Notes under the pieces: generated by a model
What the model was told of the DNA's origin: nothing
Seen by the model: only the letters and a program-made list of their open reading frames with translations
Databases searched by the model: none
Assembly: GCA_963790825.1 (NCBI GenBank)
Contig: CAWBPM010000003.1
Coordinates: 189,681-253,680, forward strand
Direction of reading: 5' to 3'
Length of the DNA: 64,000 nt
Source: Candidatus Levyibacteriota bacterium
GTDB taxonomy: Bacteria > Patescibacteriota > Microgenomatia > Levybacterales > UBA12049
Shown here: in pieces, positions 39,697 to 50,203 of the stretch
How the letters are laid out: each line of letters begins with the position of its first letter
Position numbering within the stretch: the first letter of the stretch is position 1
Translations under genes and position numbers: made by a program

Positions 39697-39793
39697 AATA
39701 AAAATTCAGAATTTATAATTAATTCTGAGCTCTGAATTCTAGATTCTGAATTGTTGTATTATAGCACATTCTAAGCTCAGAGAAAACAGAATA

Positions 39794-42700
39794 CTATCCA
39801 ATAATTTCCGGAGCGGCTGTATCCGGCACGGTCGCAGTAGCTACCGCTTCCAAGGTCTCGTTTTCCAATCCTCCGTCTACGGGGATAAGCCTACCGATAA
39901 TAACATTTTCTTTAAGGCCTATCAGATGATCTTCTCTCCCTTCAAGCGCCGCTTCTGTTAAGACTTTCGTTGTTTCCTGGAAAGATGCTGCTGAAAGCCA
40001 TGAGTCTGAAAATAATGCTGCTTTCGTAATTCCGAGAATAATTTGCTTGCCGGTTATCGGTTCTCCGCCCTCTGAGAGAATCTCAGAATTAATTTCTTCG
40101 AATCTTGCTTTTGAGATAAAGTCGCCAGGTATTAGCGATGAGTCGCCAACGCTGTCTACCATTAGTTTATCCGACATCTTTCGCAGCATTACTTCAAAAT
40201 GTTTATCATTAATTGCAATACCTTGGGATTCGTATACTTTCTGGGCTTCAGTAATAATGTAATGCTGCGCTAAGGATAATCCTCCTACTTTTAAGATTTC
40301 TTTTGGATCCAGATATCCTTCGGCAAGCGGTGTTCCGGCTTTCACTTCATCGCCATCAGAAACAATAAGAGTGGATGCCAAGGGGATAAAGTATTCCTGC
40401 ATTTCAACCGGTTTAATGCGGGTATTTTTTACTTGTACACGGTATCCGTCATCGCTTGTTTCAATACTGACTTTTCCGGAAATTTCCGAAATCGGCGATA
40501 AACTCTTTGGCGTCCTCATTTCGAAAAGCTCTTCGACACGGGGTAGTCCATGTGTAACGTCCTGCATTACGGCTCCTGCAACATATCGCGTTCTCATGGT
40601 GAGCTGAGTCCCCGGCTCTCCAATACTTTGGGCAGCGACAACACCAACGGGTACGCCAAATTCCACTTTCTTTTTGGTCGAGAAATCCCATCCATAACAA
40701 CTAGCACAAATTCCATAGGAAAGCCTGCAGGTAATTGGAGAGCGAACGATTACTTCCTCTACGTTTTCAGATAGCATTTTTGCTGTGTCTTCCATAATTT
40801 CTTCCCCTGCCCGCTTAATGATCTTTCTGTTTTTACCGAGTGCATCTTCTGCCAGAATGCGTCCGACAATCCTATCAGCAAAAGCTATAGTCCTTAGCGA
40901 GTCGTCTTTTCTTATGGTAATTCCTTCAGTAGAACCACAGTCTGCTGTCATAATGATCACATCATGTGAGACATCGACTAATCGGCGGGTTAAATATCCC
41001 GCATTCGCAGTTTTTAAGGCTGAGTCGGTAAGGCCTTTTCTTGACCCTCGAGCACTGGCAACATATTCAAAAATTGATAATCCTTCGCGGAAATTCGATT
41101 TAATCGGCAATTCTACGATTTTTCCAAGCGGGTCAAGAATAAGTCCCCGCATAGCCGAAAGCTGCTTGAGTTGTTCGCGGCCGGCACGAGCTCCTTCTGA
41201 GTCAATAATCAGCTTAACGACATTGGTAGATTTAAGATTATTCCAGGTCAAATCGGCAACTGACTCAGCCGTTCCTAACCAAACATCATTGGTTAACCGC
41301 TTGCGTTCATAGAGCGTGATAAGTCCTCGTTGATATTCATCTTCTATCGTTGCTACTTTTTCTTCTGCCTTTGCAATCATTTCGTCCTTTTCTTTTATCA
41401 TTTCATTATCAAAAACGGATACACTGATTCCTGACATCGTAGCGCCGTAGAATCCAAGACTTTTAATCCGGTCAATAAGATTCGCAACTTCTTCGGATGA
41501 ATACTCTTTCATTGCCCGGGTAATAAGCCGCTTAATTCCTGAAGCACTCACCGATTGGTTAATAAAACCGAAGTCAACCGGCAAAACTTCATTGAAAAGA
41601 AGTCTTCCAACGGTTGTCTCTATGGTTTCAGTTTTCTTACTCTCGTTTGTACCGGTAACAACACGTGCTCTTATCGGCTCACGCAGTTTAATCTGATTGA
41701 GATCAAATGCCATCGTTGCGCTTTTTATACCAGAAAAATAAATCTGTTCTTCTTCGGGTTTCCTTAATGTTTCATTCATAGAAGTCAAATAGAAAATACC
41801 AATTGCCATTTCTTTGTTCGGAAGAGTAATCGGACTTCCGTCAGCCGGTTTTAAGAGGTTATGACTTGGCAACATAAGCCGAATTGCTTCTTCCTGCGCT
41901 TTGGAAGAAAGCGGAATATGAACAGCCATCTGGTCACCATCGAAATCTGCGTTATAATCCTGCACAGACACAAGGATGCAGCTGAATAGCCGATCCTTCA
42001 ATGAGAACCGGAAAGAATGCCTGAATACCAAGTTTATGAAGTGTGGGTGCACGATTTAAGAGAATTGGATGATTTTTTGTAATTTCTTCAAGAATATCAA
42101 ATACCTCAGGCGGTCTTTTTTCAATATAGCGTTTTGCTGATTTAATATTTGTCGCCAAACCCCGGACAATAACTTCACGCAGCACAAAGGGTTTAAACAT
42201 TTCTAAAGCCATTTCTTTCGGCAAACCACATTGAGTCAATTTCAACTCAGGTCCGACTACGATAACCGAACGGCCTGAATAATCTACTCTTTTTCCGAGT
42301 AAATTCTGGCGGAATCTTCCTTGTTTTCCTCTCAAAAGGTCTGATAAAGATCTGAGAGGTGAAGAAACAACTTGGCTGGAGCGCTGTGTAACATCAATTA
42401 AGGCGTCAACTGATTCTTGAAGCATTCGTTTCTCGTTTCGTAAAATTATTTCCGGAGCGCCAAGTGCCATCAAATGTTTTAACCTATTATTCCTATTAAT
42501 CACACGTCTGTATAAATCATTCAGGTCTGAGGTTGCAAATCTACCGCCCGACAGTTGAACCATTGGTCGAAGATCCGGCGGTATAACAGGCAAAATAGTC
42601 AAAATCATTGCAGCAGGTTTCACACCGGCTTTCCGCATGTTTTCAACCAGACGCAACCGTTTAATAAGTTTAAGATATTTCGGGCCAGTGGTTTTAACGG

Positions 42701-43586
42701 CTTCTGTTCGCAACGTGGCAATAAGGCCAGATAAATCAAGTGGTTCTATAAGCTCAAGAAGTGCTTCTGAGCCGGTTTTAATGGTAAAAAAGATCGGAAT
42801 TTCGTATTCCAAAAGCTTATAATACTCATCCTCCGAGAAAACACTTGATATTTTCAGACTCTTAAGCAAACGAAGCAGCATATCAGCAATCTCATCGAGC
42901 TTTTTTGATTCCGTTTCAAAAGCTTCCTGAAGCTGTACTTTTCGCTGACGCATTGCGAGTCCCATCTCCTCAGCAATAAGCTGTTTCTGAACTTTTTGCG
43001 CGTGATGTTTGGCGTCCTGCTCTTTTTCTTTTGCTTCAACCTCTATTTTTTCCTCTTCATCCTCCATCTTATTTTTAAGTTCCAAACGTCTCTCTTCAAT
43101 CTTTTTCATGAAGATATCAAGTGCTTCTTTTTTCTTCTCCTCATTAATTTCAGTCACCAAATAAGAAGCAAAATAAATGACAGATTCGAGACTTTTTTGC
43201 GGGATATCCAAAAGTAAAGACAGCGGACTCGAAGATCCCTTAAAGAACCAGACGTGAGCTGTCGGAGTCGAAAGTGCGATATGTCCGATTCTTTCCCTTC
43301 GGACACGAGACAGAGTTACTTCTACTCCGCATTTATCGCAAATTATTCCTTTATAGCGAATTCTTTTATATTTTCCGCAGTAACATTCCCAATCTTTTGT
43401 GGGCCCAAAAATACGTTCATCAAAAAGTCCGTCTTTTTCCGGTCGAAGTGTCCGATAATTAATCGTCTCCGGCTTGGTTATTTCACCATATGACCAATTT
43501 AATATATCATCTCTGTTGGCGACTAATATTTTCAAAGATTTAAAATCGACAAATGTCGGATCTTTAACAATCTTTTTATTATTCAT
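39794..43586 (-). CDS. rpoC: DNA-directed RNA polymerase beta' subunit, interrupted by an apparent +1 frameshift near 41957
   Basis: The two overlapping ORFs 41952-43586 and 39794-42052 together give a collinear RpoC. Frame 1 ends ...[12 protein letters not shown] and frame 2 resumes ...[14 protein letters not shown]. One extra T in GGATTAT breaks the catalytic segment. Confidence 0.85.
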
Positions 43587-46500
43587 TCGATATGCCTCCT
43601 TCTACCACTGATTCTGCCACAGCTTTTGACCCTTCGCTTTCTGAAACTTCCATACCACTTGTCTTACTATCGACAACTGCTTCATTGGCATCTAGAGCTT
43701 TCTCCAGTTCTACTACTTCTTCTTTTACTGCTTCAGATGCTACTTCATCTTTTGTTTCCGAAGCTTCGTTATATAGCGTTGCGCCCATCGGAATAACGTT
43801 CAGTCCCAGCGACTGCAATTCTTTAATAAGAACCTTAAATGATTCAGGTACTTTCGGCGTCGGGATATCCGTACCTTTTACGATTGCTTCAAAGGCCTTA
43901 GCCCGTCCTACTACATCATCAGCTTTAATTGTTAACATTTCCTGAAGAACATGGCGCGCACGATGTGCTTCCAGAGCCCAAACTTCCATTTCTCCAAGTC
44001 TTTGTCCTCCCATTTGCGCTTTTCCGCCAAGCGGCTGCTGAGTAACTAAAGAATACGGTCCTGTAGAGCGGGCATGGGTCTTGTCTTCCACCATGTGGAT
44101 TAATTTCATCATATACTCAATACCGACAACGACCGGGTTCTCATATGCTTTTCCCGTCCGCCCATCGTATAATGTTACTTTTCCATCAACCGATAAACCG
44201 GCTTGCTTAAGTAAGTTTATGACGTTTGTTTCCGGAATATCTTCAAATACCGGTACGCCGACCTTCATATGCAACTTTTGTGCTGCAAAACCCACATGTG
44301 CCTCAAGTAGTTGTCCGAGATTCATACGTGCCAAAATACTCGAGGGAGAAATAATAATATCAACCGGTGTTCCGTCGTTTAAATAAGGCATGTCTGCTGC
44401 AGGAAGAATTCGAGAAATAATCCCTTTGTTTCCGTGTCTTCCGGCAAGTTTATCGCCGACCACAACATGGCGGTATTGCGCAACTTCAACCAAAATCTTC
44501 CGTAATGTTCCAGGCTCCAGTTCATCGCCTTTTTTCCGGTCAAGGATTTGTACCGAGACCACGGTTCCCCGCTCTCCATGAGGCATACGAAGACTGGTAT
44601 CGCGCACCTCTCGAGCTTGCTCGCCGAAAATTGCCCGAAGCAACCTTTCCTCGGCAGTGAGTTCTGTCTCACCTTTCGGTGCGATCTTTCCAACCAGTAT
44701 GTCTCCGGGTGTTACTTCTGATCCGGCAACGACAATTCCTTCTTCATCTAAACTTGCCAGATCTTCTTCTGAAACATTTGGAATATCCCGTGTAGTTTCC
44801 TCAGGGCCAAGTTTGGTCTCGACAACCGCTGCTTCATATCTTTCAACATGAATTGAGGAAAGAATGTCTTCTTTTACCAACCGGTCTGAAATTACAAGTG
44901 CATCCTCATAGCCTAAGCCGTCAAGAGACATGTAAGCGATCATTAAATTCTGACCCAATGCAAGTTCTCCGTTTTCTGATGCCGGACCATCAATAATAAC
45001 GTCGCCTTTTTTCACTTTTTGTCCGCTAAAAACACAAGCATTTTGCGTATAAGAAGTTGCCTGCGATGTACGCCGGAATGCTTCGATACTAAAGTTGGCT
45101 TTTTCTCCCTTTGTACTTTTCAGGTTGATTTTATCCGCATCGGCATAAAGTACCTGTCCATCAAAGGGCGCTTTTATTACTCTGCCCATAACTTCTGAGA
45201 TTTCTGCTTCCATACCGGTACCAACCATAGGACTTTCCGGTTTCACTAAAGGCACCGCCTGACACTGCATATGTGTTCCCATAAGCGCACGATTCGCCTC
45301 ATCATGTGAGACAAATGGAATAAGTGAGGCCGAAGAGCCGACTACTTGCCGAGGAGTTATATCAATATAGTCGATTTTTTCCCGATCAACTTCTATAAAT
45401 TCACCGTTAAAGCGTGCCGGCACGCGGGAATCAAGGATTTCCCCTGTATCTGAAATATTAATACTGGCATGTGTAACATGTTTTTCCCGCTCGTCATCTG
45501 CTGCCAAATACTCGATTTCACTAGAGACGAGAACTTTTGTTTTTTTCCCTCTTCCTTCCTTGATTACTTTTCTATATGGTGTTTCTAAAAAACCATATTT
45601 ATTTACCCGAGAATAAAGTGCCATATAGGTAACAAGACCGATATTTGGTCCTTCAGGACTTCTGATTGGATCAATACGTCCGTATTGCGAACTATTGATA
45701 TCACGAATCGAGAAGGCTGCACGCTCTCTGGAGATACCACCGGTTCCCATAACAGTCAGCCGGTTTAGATTATCAATTTCAGAAAGCGGATTCGTTTGAT
45801 CGAGAATGGTTGAGAGTTGAGAAGTACGGAAAAATTCATTAATTGATGCCATAATCGGCCTGGCATTAATAAGATTGACTACCGAAACAGGTCCTTCTGC
45901 CTGGAGAAGACTCATGCGTTCTTTGACAGACCGCTCAACTCTCAGTGCCCCGACACGGAAAGCATTGGCTGCGACGAGCTCTCCGACACTGCGAACACGC
46001 CTATTTGCAAGACTATCAATATCGTCGACAGTTCCTTTTCCAAGCTGTAGTAATACGAGATATTTTATAGTAGCGACAACATCCTCTACGGTTAGTACGT
46101 TTTCGCTGCTTGCTTGAAATCCAGGGACTGAATGTAGTTTTTTATTAATTTTATACCTACCCACGAGCCCCAAGTCATATCTCCTATTATTAAAAAACAT
46201 GGTGAGGAAGTTCTCACGAACTTTATCATAAACGATCGGTTCTCCCGGATGCATTCTCTTAAAGATTTCTATAATTGCTTCTGTTTCACTGACGGTTTCA
46301 TCTTTTGTCAGTGTTGCTTCAATCAGCGATTCATTTTCATTAATCTCGACATCCTGGAACCGTTCACGAATAGTATCATTCCCGGAAATACCAATCGCCC
46401 GAAGGAATGTTGTTGCCATAAATTTCCTTCGCCTGTCAATCTTTACCGTAATAGTTCCATATCTTGTTGTACTGAATTCAAGCCAAGATCCATGTACCGG

Positions 46501-46998
46501 CCGAATTTCGGCAGAGTAAAGCGTTTTACCTGTAGTCGGTTCCAAAGTAGCGGTAAAAAATACACCGGGAGACCTGACGAGCTGGTTAACAACTGCCCGC
46601 TCAATACCGTTGACGATAAACGTACCACGTATTGTCATTTGGGGAATATCACCTAAGAATACTTCTGCTTCGTGTGTTTTATTGGTTTTTTTATTAAGCA
46701 GTGTGACACGAACATAGAGGGGAGCATCAAAAGTAAGACCCTTAGACAGCGCAAGCTCCGGTGTATTACTTGCTTCGCCAAGTCGATATTCATGGAGTGT
46801 CAAACTCCAATTTTTTCCCGTAAAGTCATCGATGGGAGAAATTTCCTGAAGAATTTGGCCGATAGCAATATCTTGAAACCACTTATAGGATTCTTTTTGT
46901 ACGGCAAGAAGATCAATTTGCGGCAAGTGAGTATACTTTTTTCCCCAAATCTGTCGAATATTATCCTTATGGTCTTTCGCTCGTGATTTATTTGGCAT
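43579..46998 (-). CDS. rpoB: DNA-directed RNA polymerase beta subunit
   Basis: 1139 aa. Conserved RpoB blocks (...GERGTVV..., ...[15 protein letters not shown]...). Acidic C-terminal extension. Confidence 0.95.
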   Translation of the reverse strand: MPNKSRAKDHKDNIRQIWGKKYTHLPQIDLLAVQKESYKWFQDIAIGQILQEISPIDDFTGKNWSLTLHEYRLGEASNTPELALSKGLTFDAPLYVRVTLLNKKTNKTHEAEVFLGDIPQMTIRGTFIVNGIERAVVNQLVRSPGVFFTATLEPTTGKTLYSAEIRPVHGSWLEFSTTRYGTITVKIDRRRKFMATTFLRAIGISGNDTIRERFQDVEINENESLIEATLTKDETVSETEAIIEIFKRMHPGEPIVYDKVRENFLTMFFNNRRYDLGLVGRYKINKKLHSVPGFQASSENVLTVEDVVATIKYLVLLQLGKGTVDDIDSLANRRVRSVGELVAANAFRVGALRVERSVKERMSLLQAEGPVSVVNLINARPIMASINEFFRTSQLSTILDQTNPLSEIDNLNRLTVMGTGGISRERAAFSIRDINSSQYGRIDPIRSPEGPNIGLVTYMALYSRVNKYGFLETPYRKVIKEGRGKKTKVLVSSEIEYLAADDEREKHVTHASINISDTGEILDSRVPARFNGEFIEVDREKIDYIDITPRQVVGSSASLIPFVSHDEANRALMGTHMQCQAVPLVKPESPMVGTGMEAEISEVMGRVIKAPFDGQVLYADADKINLKSTKGEKANFSIEAFRRTSQATSYTQNACVFSGQKVKKGDVIIDGPASENGELALGQNLMIAYMSLDGLGYEDALVISDRLVKEDILSSIHVERYEAAVVETKLGPEETTRDIPNVSEEDLASLDEEGIVVAGSEVTPGDILVGKIAPKGETELTAEERLLRAIFGEQAREVRDTSLRMPHGERGTVVSVQILDRKKGDELEPGTLRKILVEVAQYRHVVVGDKLAGRHGNKGIISRILPAADMPYLNDGTPVDIIISPSSILARMNLGQLLEAHVGFAAQKLHMKVGVPVFEDIPETNVINLLKQAGLSVDGKVTLYDGRTGKAYENPVVVGIEYMMKLIHMVEDKTHARSTGPYSLVTQQPLGGKAQMGGQRLGEMEVWALEAHRARHVLQEMLTIKADDVVGRAKAFEAIVKGTDIPTPKVPESFKVLIKELQSLGLNVIPMGATLYNEASETKDEVASEAVKEEVVELEKALDANEAVVDSKTSGMEVSESEGSKAVAESVVEGGISNE

Positions 46999-47087
46999 TT
47001 GTAAGTATTAGGCAGGAACTCTTTAGGTACACAAAAAACACAGGGACAACGTCCTTGTATTTAATTTGACAATTGAGCTAATACTAT

Positions 47088-47115
47088 GTATAGCATATGC
47101 GCCAAAAACTGTCAA
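47088..47115 (-). promoter_or_regulatory. Candidate rpoB promoter (TTGACA-N17-TATACA on the minus strand)
   Basis: Minus strand reads cTTGACAgtttttggcgcatatgcTATACA, about 90 nt upstream of the rpoB ATG and about 75 nt from the IS left end. Confidence 0.35.
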
Positions 47116-47189
47116 GCCCCAAGTTGGAAGATTTCTTGTGATATTTTAGACAACACAAGATACCTTATTTTATTAAATAAACGGCCTAT

Positions 47190-48274
47190 TGAATAAGTCA
47201 CGATACATATTGGAATCTTAAGGAAGAAGATTCTATGCCAAGTGATTTTAAACGAGTAAGACATTTACGACCAAAATACTCACAAAAGAGCTATCATATA
47301 CTGATGAAAATGCTCCAGAATTCATTAGCAGTTGAAGTATCCGATGTAGCTGCTTTTCGCCTTCACGTGATTAATCACTACTACAAGTATGGACTGCGTC
47401 CAACCCTTGCTGCATTCAAAATAAAGAAGAGCAGCTTATACAACTGGAGAAATGCTTATGAACACAACGGAAAAAGGACAATCAGTTTAGTGCCACACGG
47501 AACTAGACCTCTCCATGTGCGAAAGATGGAGACAGACTGGAGAATAATTGAGTTCATTAGAGAGATGAGGCATGAGCATGGGAATATTGGTAAAAGTATG
47601 CTCAAGCCCTTTGTTGATGCGTATGCCAAAGAGCTGGGTATTAAGACCTTGGCAGAAAGTACTATTGGGAAAGTACTTAAAAGACGTCACTTAACATTTG
47701 AGAAGAAAGTCTACCCACAGAAACAAAAAAACAAGTTCAAAAAGCTAAGAGTGAGAAAGTCTCCTAAGGTAGTTTCTCCTGGATTTATTGAGATGGATTC
47801 AGTAGTTGTCTATATCAATTTTGAGAAACATTTGTTTATGTGTGTGATTGATATTTACACAAAATTTGCCTTAGTTGTATATGTACCGGATCTCTCCTCA
47901 GTAACAGCAAGAGAGGTTTTTAAGCAGTTCCAGTGCAATAATCCAACACCGATTCATACAATCCAAACAGATAATGGATCAGAGTTTCTCAAATCATTCC
48001 ATGAGTATATAGTTGAACAGAAAATTAAACATCAATTTATCTATCCCAGAATGCCAAAGATTAATAGTTACATTGAGAGATTCAATCGGACAATCCAGGA
48101 GGAATTCATTTTAAGAAATGACGAGATTTACTATGACTCAGAAGCATTTGCAAAAAAGCTCACAAAGTATTTATACTGGTATAACTATAAGAGGCCACAT
48201 GCTTCGCTTAAATACATGTCGCCTATGTCCTTTATACAAGCCAAGATTCCAATAAGTGCGTGACGCATACACCT
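47190..48274 (+). mobile_element. IS element copy 2 (identical to 25930-27014), same orientation
   Basis: Same 1085-bp sequence, with 2-bp flanking repeat AT/AT. The right end lies 21 nt upstream of the alaS -10 box. Confidence 0.8.
47235..48263 (+). CDS. DDE-type (rve) transposase, identical to 25975-27003
   Basis: The 342-aa translation is identical to copy 1. Confidence 0.85.
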   Translation: MPSDFKRVRHLRPKYSQKSYHILMKMLQNSLAVEVSDVAAFRLHVINHYYKYGLRPTLAAFKIKKSSLYNWRNAYEHNGKRTISLVPHGTRPLHVRKMETDWRIIEFIREMRHEHGNIGKSMLKPFVDAYAKELGIKTLAESTIGKVLKRRHLTFEKKVYPQKQKNKFKKLRVRKSPKVVSPGFIEMDSVVVYINFEKHLFMCVIDIYTKFALVVYVPDLSSVTAREVFKQFQCNNPTPIHTIQTDNGSEFLKSFHEYIVEQKIKHQFIYPRMPKINSYIERFNRTIQEEFILRNDEIYYDSEAFAKKLTKYLYWYNYKRPHASLKYMSPMSFIQAKIPISA

Positions 48275-48295
48275 ATGCGTCTTATTTTCCATTCG

Positions 48296-48304
48296 TGCTA
48301 TAAT
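48296..48304 (+). promoter_or_regulatory. Extended -10 box TGCTATAAT 6 nt upstream of the alaS ATG (leaderless-type promoter)
   Basis: cgTGCTATAATtacctcATG. The same TGCTATA[AC]T-N6-ATG arrangement occurs at 38602-38610 (minus strand) and 27036-27044. Confidence 0.55.
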
Positions 48305-48310
48305 TACCTC

Positions 48311-50161
48311 ATGTTATTAACAGCCTCGGAAATTATTCAACGGTATATTACTTTTTTTGTTAATCGGGGACACAAAAGGATTCCCAATTCTCCCCTGGTT
48401 CCCGAAAATGATCCGACAACACTTTTTACCAGTTCCGGCATGCAGCCACTTATTCCGTATTTAATGGGACAAGAACATCCAGAAGGAACGCGTCTAGTGA
48501 ATGTACAAAATTGTTTTCGGGCAGTAGACATAGATGAGATTGGAAATAGCCGACATACAACTTTTTTTCGAATGCTAGGTAATTGGTCACTCGGCGATTA
48601 TTTTAAAAAAGAAGAAATCCCTTGGCTCTACGAATTTTTAACCAATCCAACTACCGGACTCTGCATAGACCCAGCTAAATTACATTTTACGGTCTTTAAA
48701 GGATTTGAAGATATTCCCCAGGATAACGACGCGTATCAAATCTGGGAGGAAGTATTACAAAAAGCCAATGTTAAAGACTATAAAGATCATTTGTCTTGGT
48801 ATGGAGCAGAAAAGAATTGGTGGTCACGCTCCGGAACACCGGATAAAATGCCTGCAGGTGAAATTGGCGGACCAGACACAGAAGTTTTTTATGACTTTGG
48901 TGCAAACCTTAAATTGCATGAGAAATCAAAATTCAAGGGTGAGCCATGTCATCCAAATTGTGACTGCGGAAGATACTGGGAAATTGCAAATAGCGTGTTC
49001 ATGCAGTATAAAAAGAATGTTGAAGGGAAGTTTGAACATTTACCTAAACAAAATGTTGATTTCGGCGGTGGATTAGAGCGACTTCTCGGCGCTGCTGAAA
49101 ACCAAACTGATATTTTTCAAACTTCCCTCTTCAAACCAACAATTACGACAATTGAGAAACAGACAAAGCAAATTTATACGGATCATAAACCAGCTATGCA
49201 AATCATTGCTGATCATTTAGGAGCAGCTATTTTTATAGCCAACGCCGGAGTCACTCCATCAAAAACTGATCAGGGATATATTCTACGAAGACTCATCAGA
49301 CGGGCACTGGATAATTTCTATCAATTAAAAGGACAAAAGATTGATATCGTACTTGAGACAATTGTCAACCAATATAAGGCAACTGATCCAGATCTTGAGC
49401 AAAATTTTGAAAAAATTAAATATGTCATTTTGGAAGAGGAACAGAAATATCATGCAACACGTAAACAAGCTCTTACTTTCATTGAGAAAAAATATAATCA
49501 ATCTCGGCATGACGGAGATGTTAAAGAGATATCAGCCGAAGACGCTTTCAATTTATATACAACACATGGACTTTCACCCACACAAATTGAAAGTTTAGGT
49601 TATTATTTCGACAGCAAATTATTTTTAGAGAAAATGGAGGAACATCAAAATCTCTCTCGCAAAGGTGCGGAGAAGAAATTTAAAGGCGGGTTGGCGGATC
49701 ATGAAGAACGAACAATCATGGGACATACCGCAACACACTTACTTCACCAAGCACTCCGAAACATTTTAGGAAATCAGATTCATCAAACCGGCTCAAATAT
49801 TACGACGGAACGGGTGCGATTTGATTTTAATTATGATAAACGGTTAACAGATGAGGAAATAAAAAAAGTGGAAGATTTGGTTAATAAAAAAATTAAAGAA
49901 AATTTACCGGTTCATTTTGAACTTATTTCAACTCAGGAGGCGCATAAAATAGGCGCTATCGGTCTTTTTATGGATACGTATGGGGAGAAATCAAAAATCT
50001 ATTTTATCGGAGACACGAGTAAATCATATCGTGATGCTTTTTCGATCGAGTTTTGCGGAGGTCCGCATGTGGATTTTACAGGAAAGCTTAAATCCTTTAC
50101 AATAATAAAGCAAGAGAACCTAGGGAAAAATCAAAAACGGATATATGCTCTCGTGGGATAA
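48311..50161 (+). CDS. alaS: Alanyl-tRNA synthetase, catalytic + tRNA-recognition + editing domains; no C-terminal C-Ala domain
   Basis: FTSSGMQPLIPYLMG, CFRAVDIDEIGNSRHTTFFRMLGNWSLGDYFK. Editing-site HTATHLLHQALR...CGGPHV. About 617 aa from ATG 48311. Confidence 0.85.
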   Translation: MLLTASEIIQRYITFFVNRGHKRIPNSPLVPENDPTTLFTSSGMQPLIPYLMGQEHPEGTRLVNVQNCFRAVDIDEIGNSRHTTFFRMLGNWSLGDYFKKEEIPWLYEFLTNPTTGLCIDPAKLHFTVFKGFEDIPQDNDAYQIWEEVLQKANVKDYKDHLSWYGAEKNWWSRSGTPDKMPAGEIGGPDTEVFYDFGANLKLHEKSKFKGEPCHPNCDCGRYWEIANSVFMQYKKNVEGKFEHLPKQNVDFGGGLERLLGAAENQTDIFQTSLFKPTITTIEKQTKQIYTDHKPAMQIIADHLGAAIFIANAGVTPSKTDQGYILRRLIRRALDNFYQLKGQKIDIVLETIVNQYKATDPDLEQNFEKIKYVILEEEQKYHATRKQALTFIEKKYNQSRHDGDVKEISAEDAFNLYTTHGLSPTQIESLGYYFDSKLFLEKMEEHQNLSRKGAEKKFKGGLADHEERTIMGHTATHLLHQALRNILGNQIHQTGSNITTERVRFDFNYDKRLTDEEIKKVEDLVNKKIKENLPVHFELISTQEAHKIGAIGLFMDTYGEKSKIYFIGDTSKSYRDAFSIEFCGGPHVDFTGKLKSFTIIKQENLGKNQKRIYALVG

Positions 50162-50203
50162 TTGTAATATAATAGCCATAGTAACAACCCAAACTAAATT
50201 CGT

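Noticed and set aside
39794-43586. rpoC split as a natural two-gene (rpoC1/rpoC2-like) arrangement
   Set aside because: Natural splits occur between conserved regions and give non-overlapping genes. Here the break is inside the NADFDGDQM catalytic loop with 100-nt overlapping frames, and a single-base change restores the protein.
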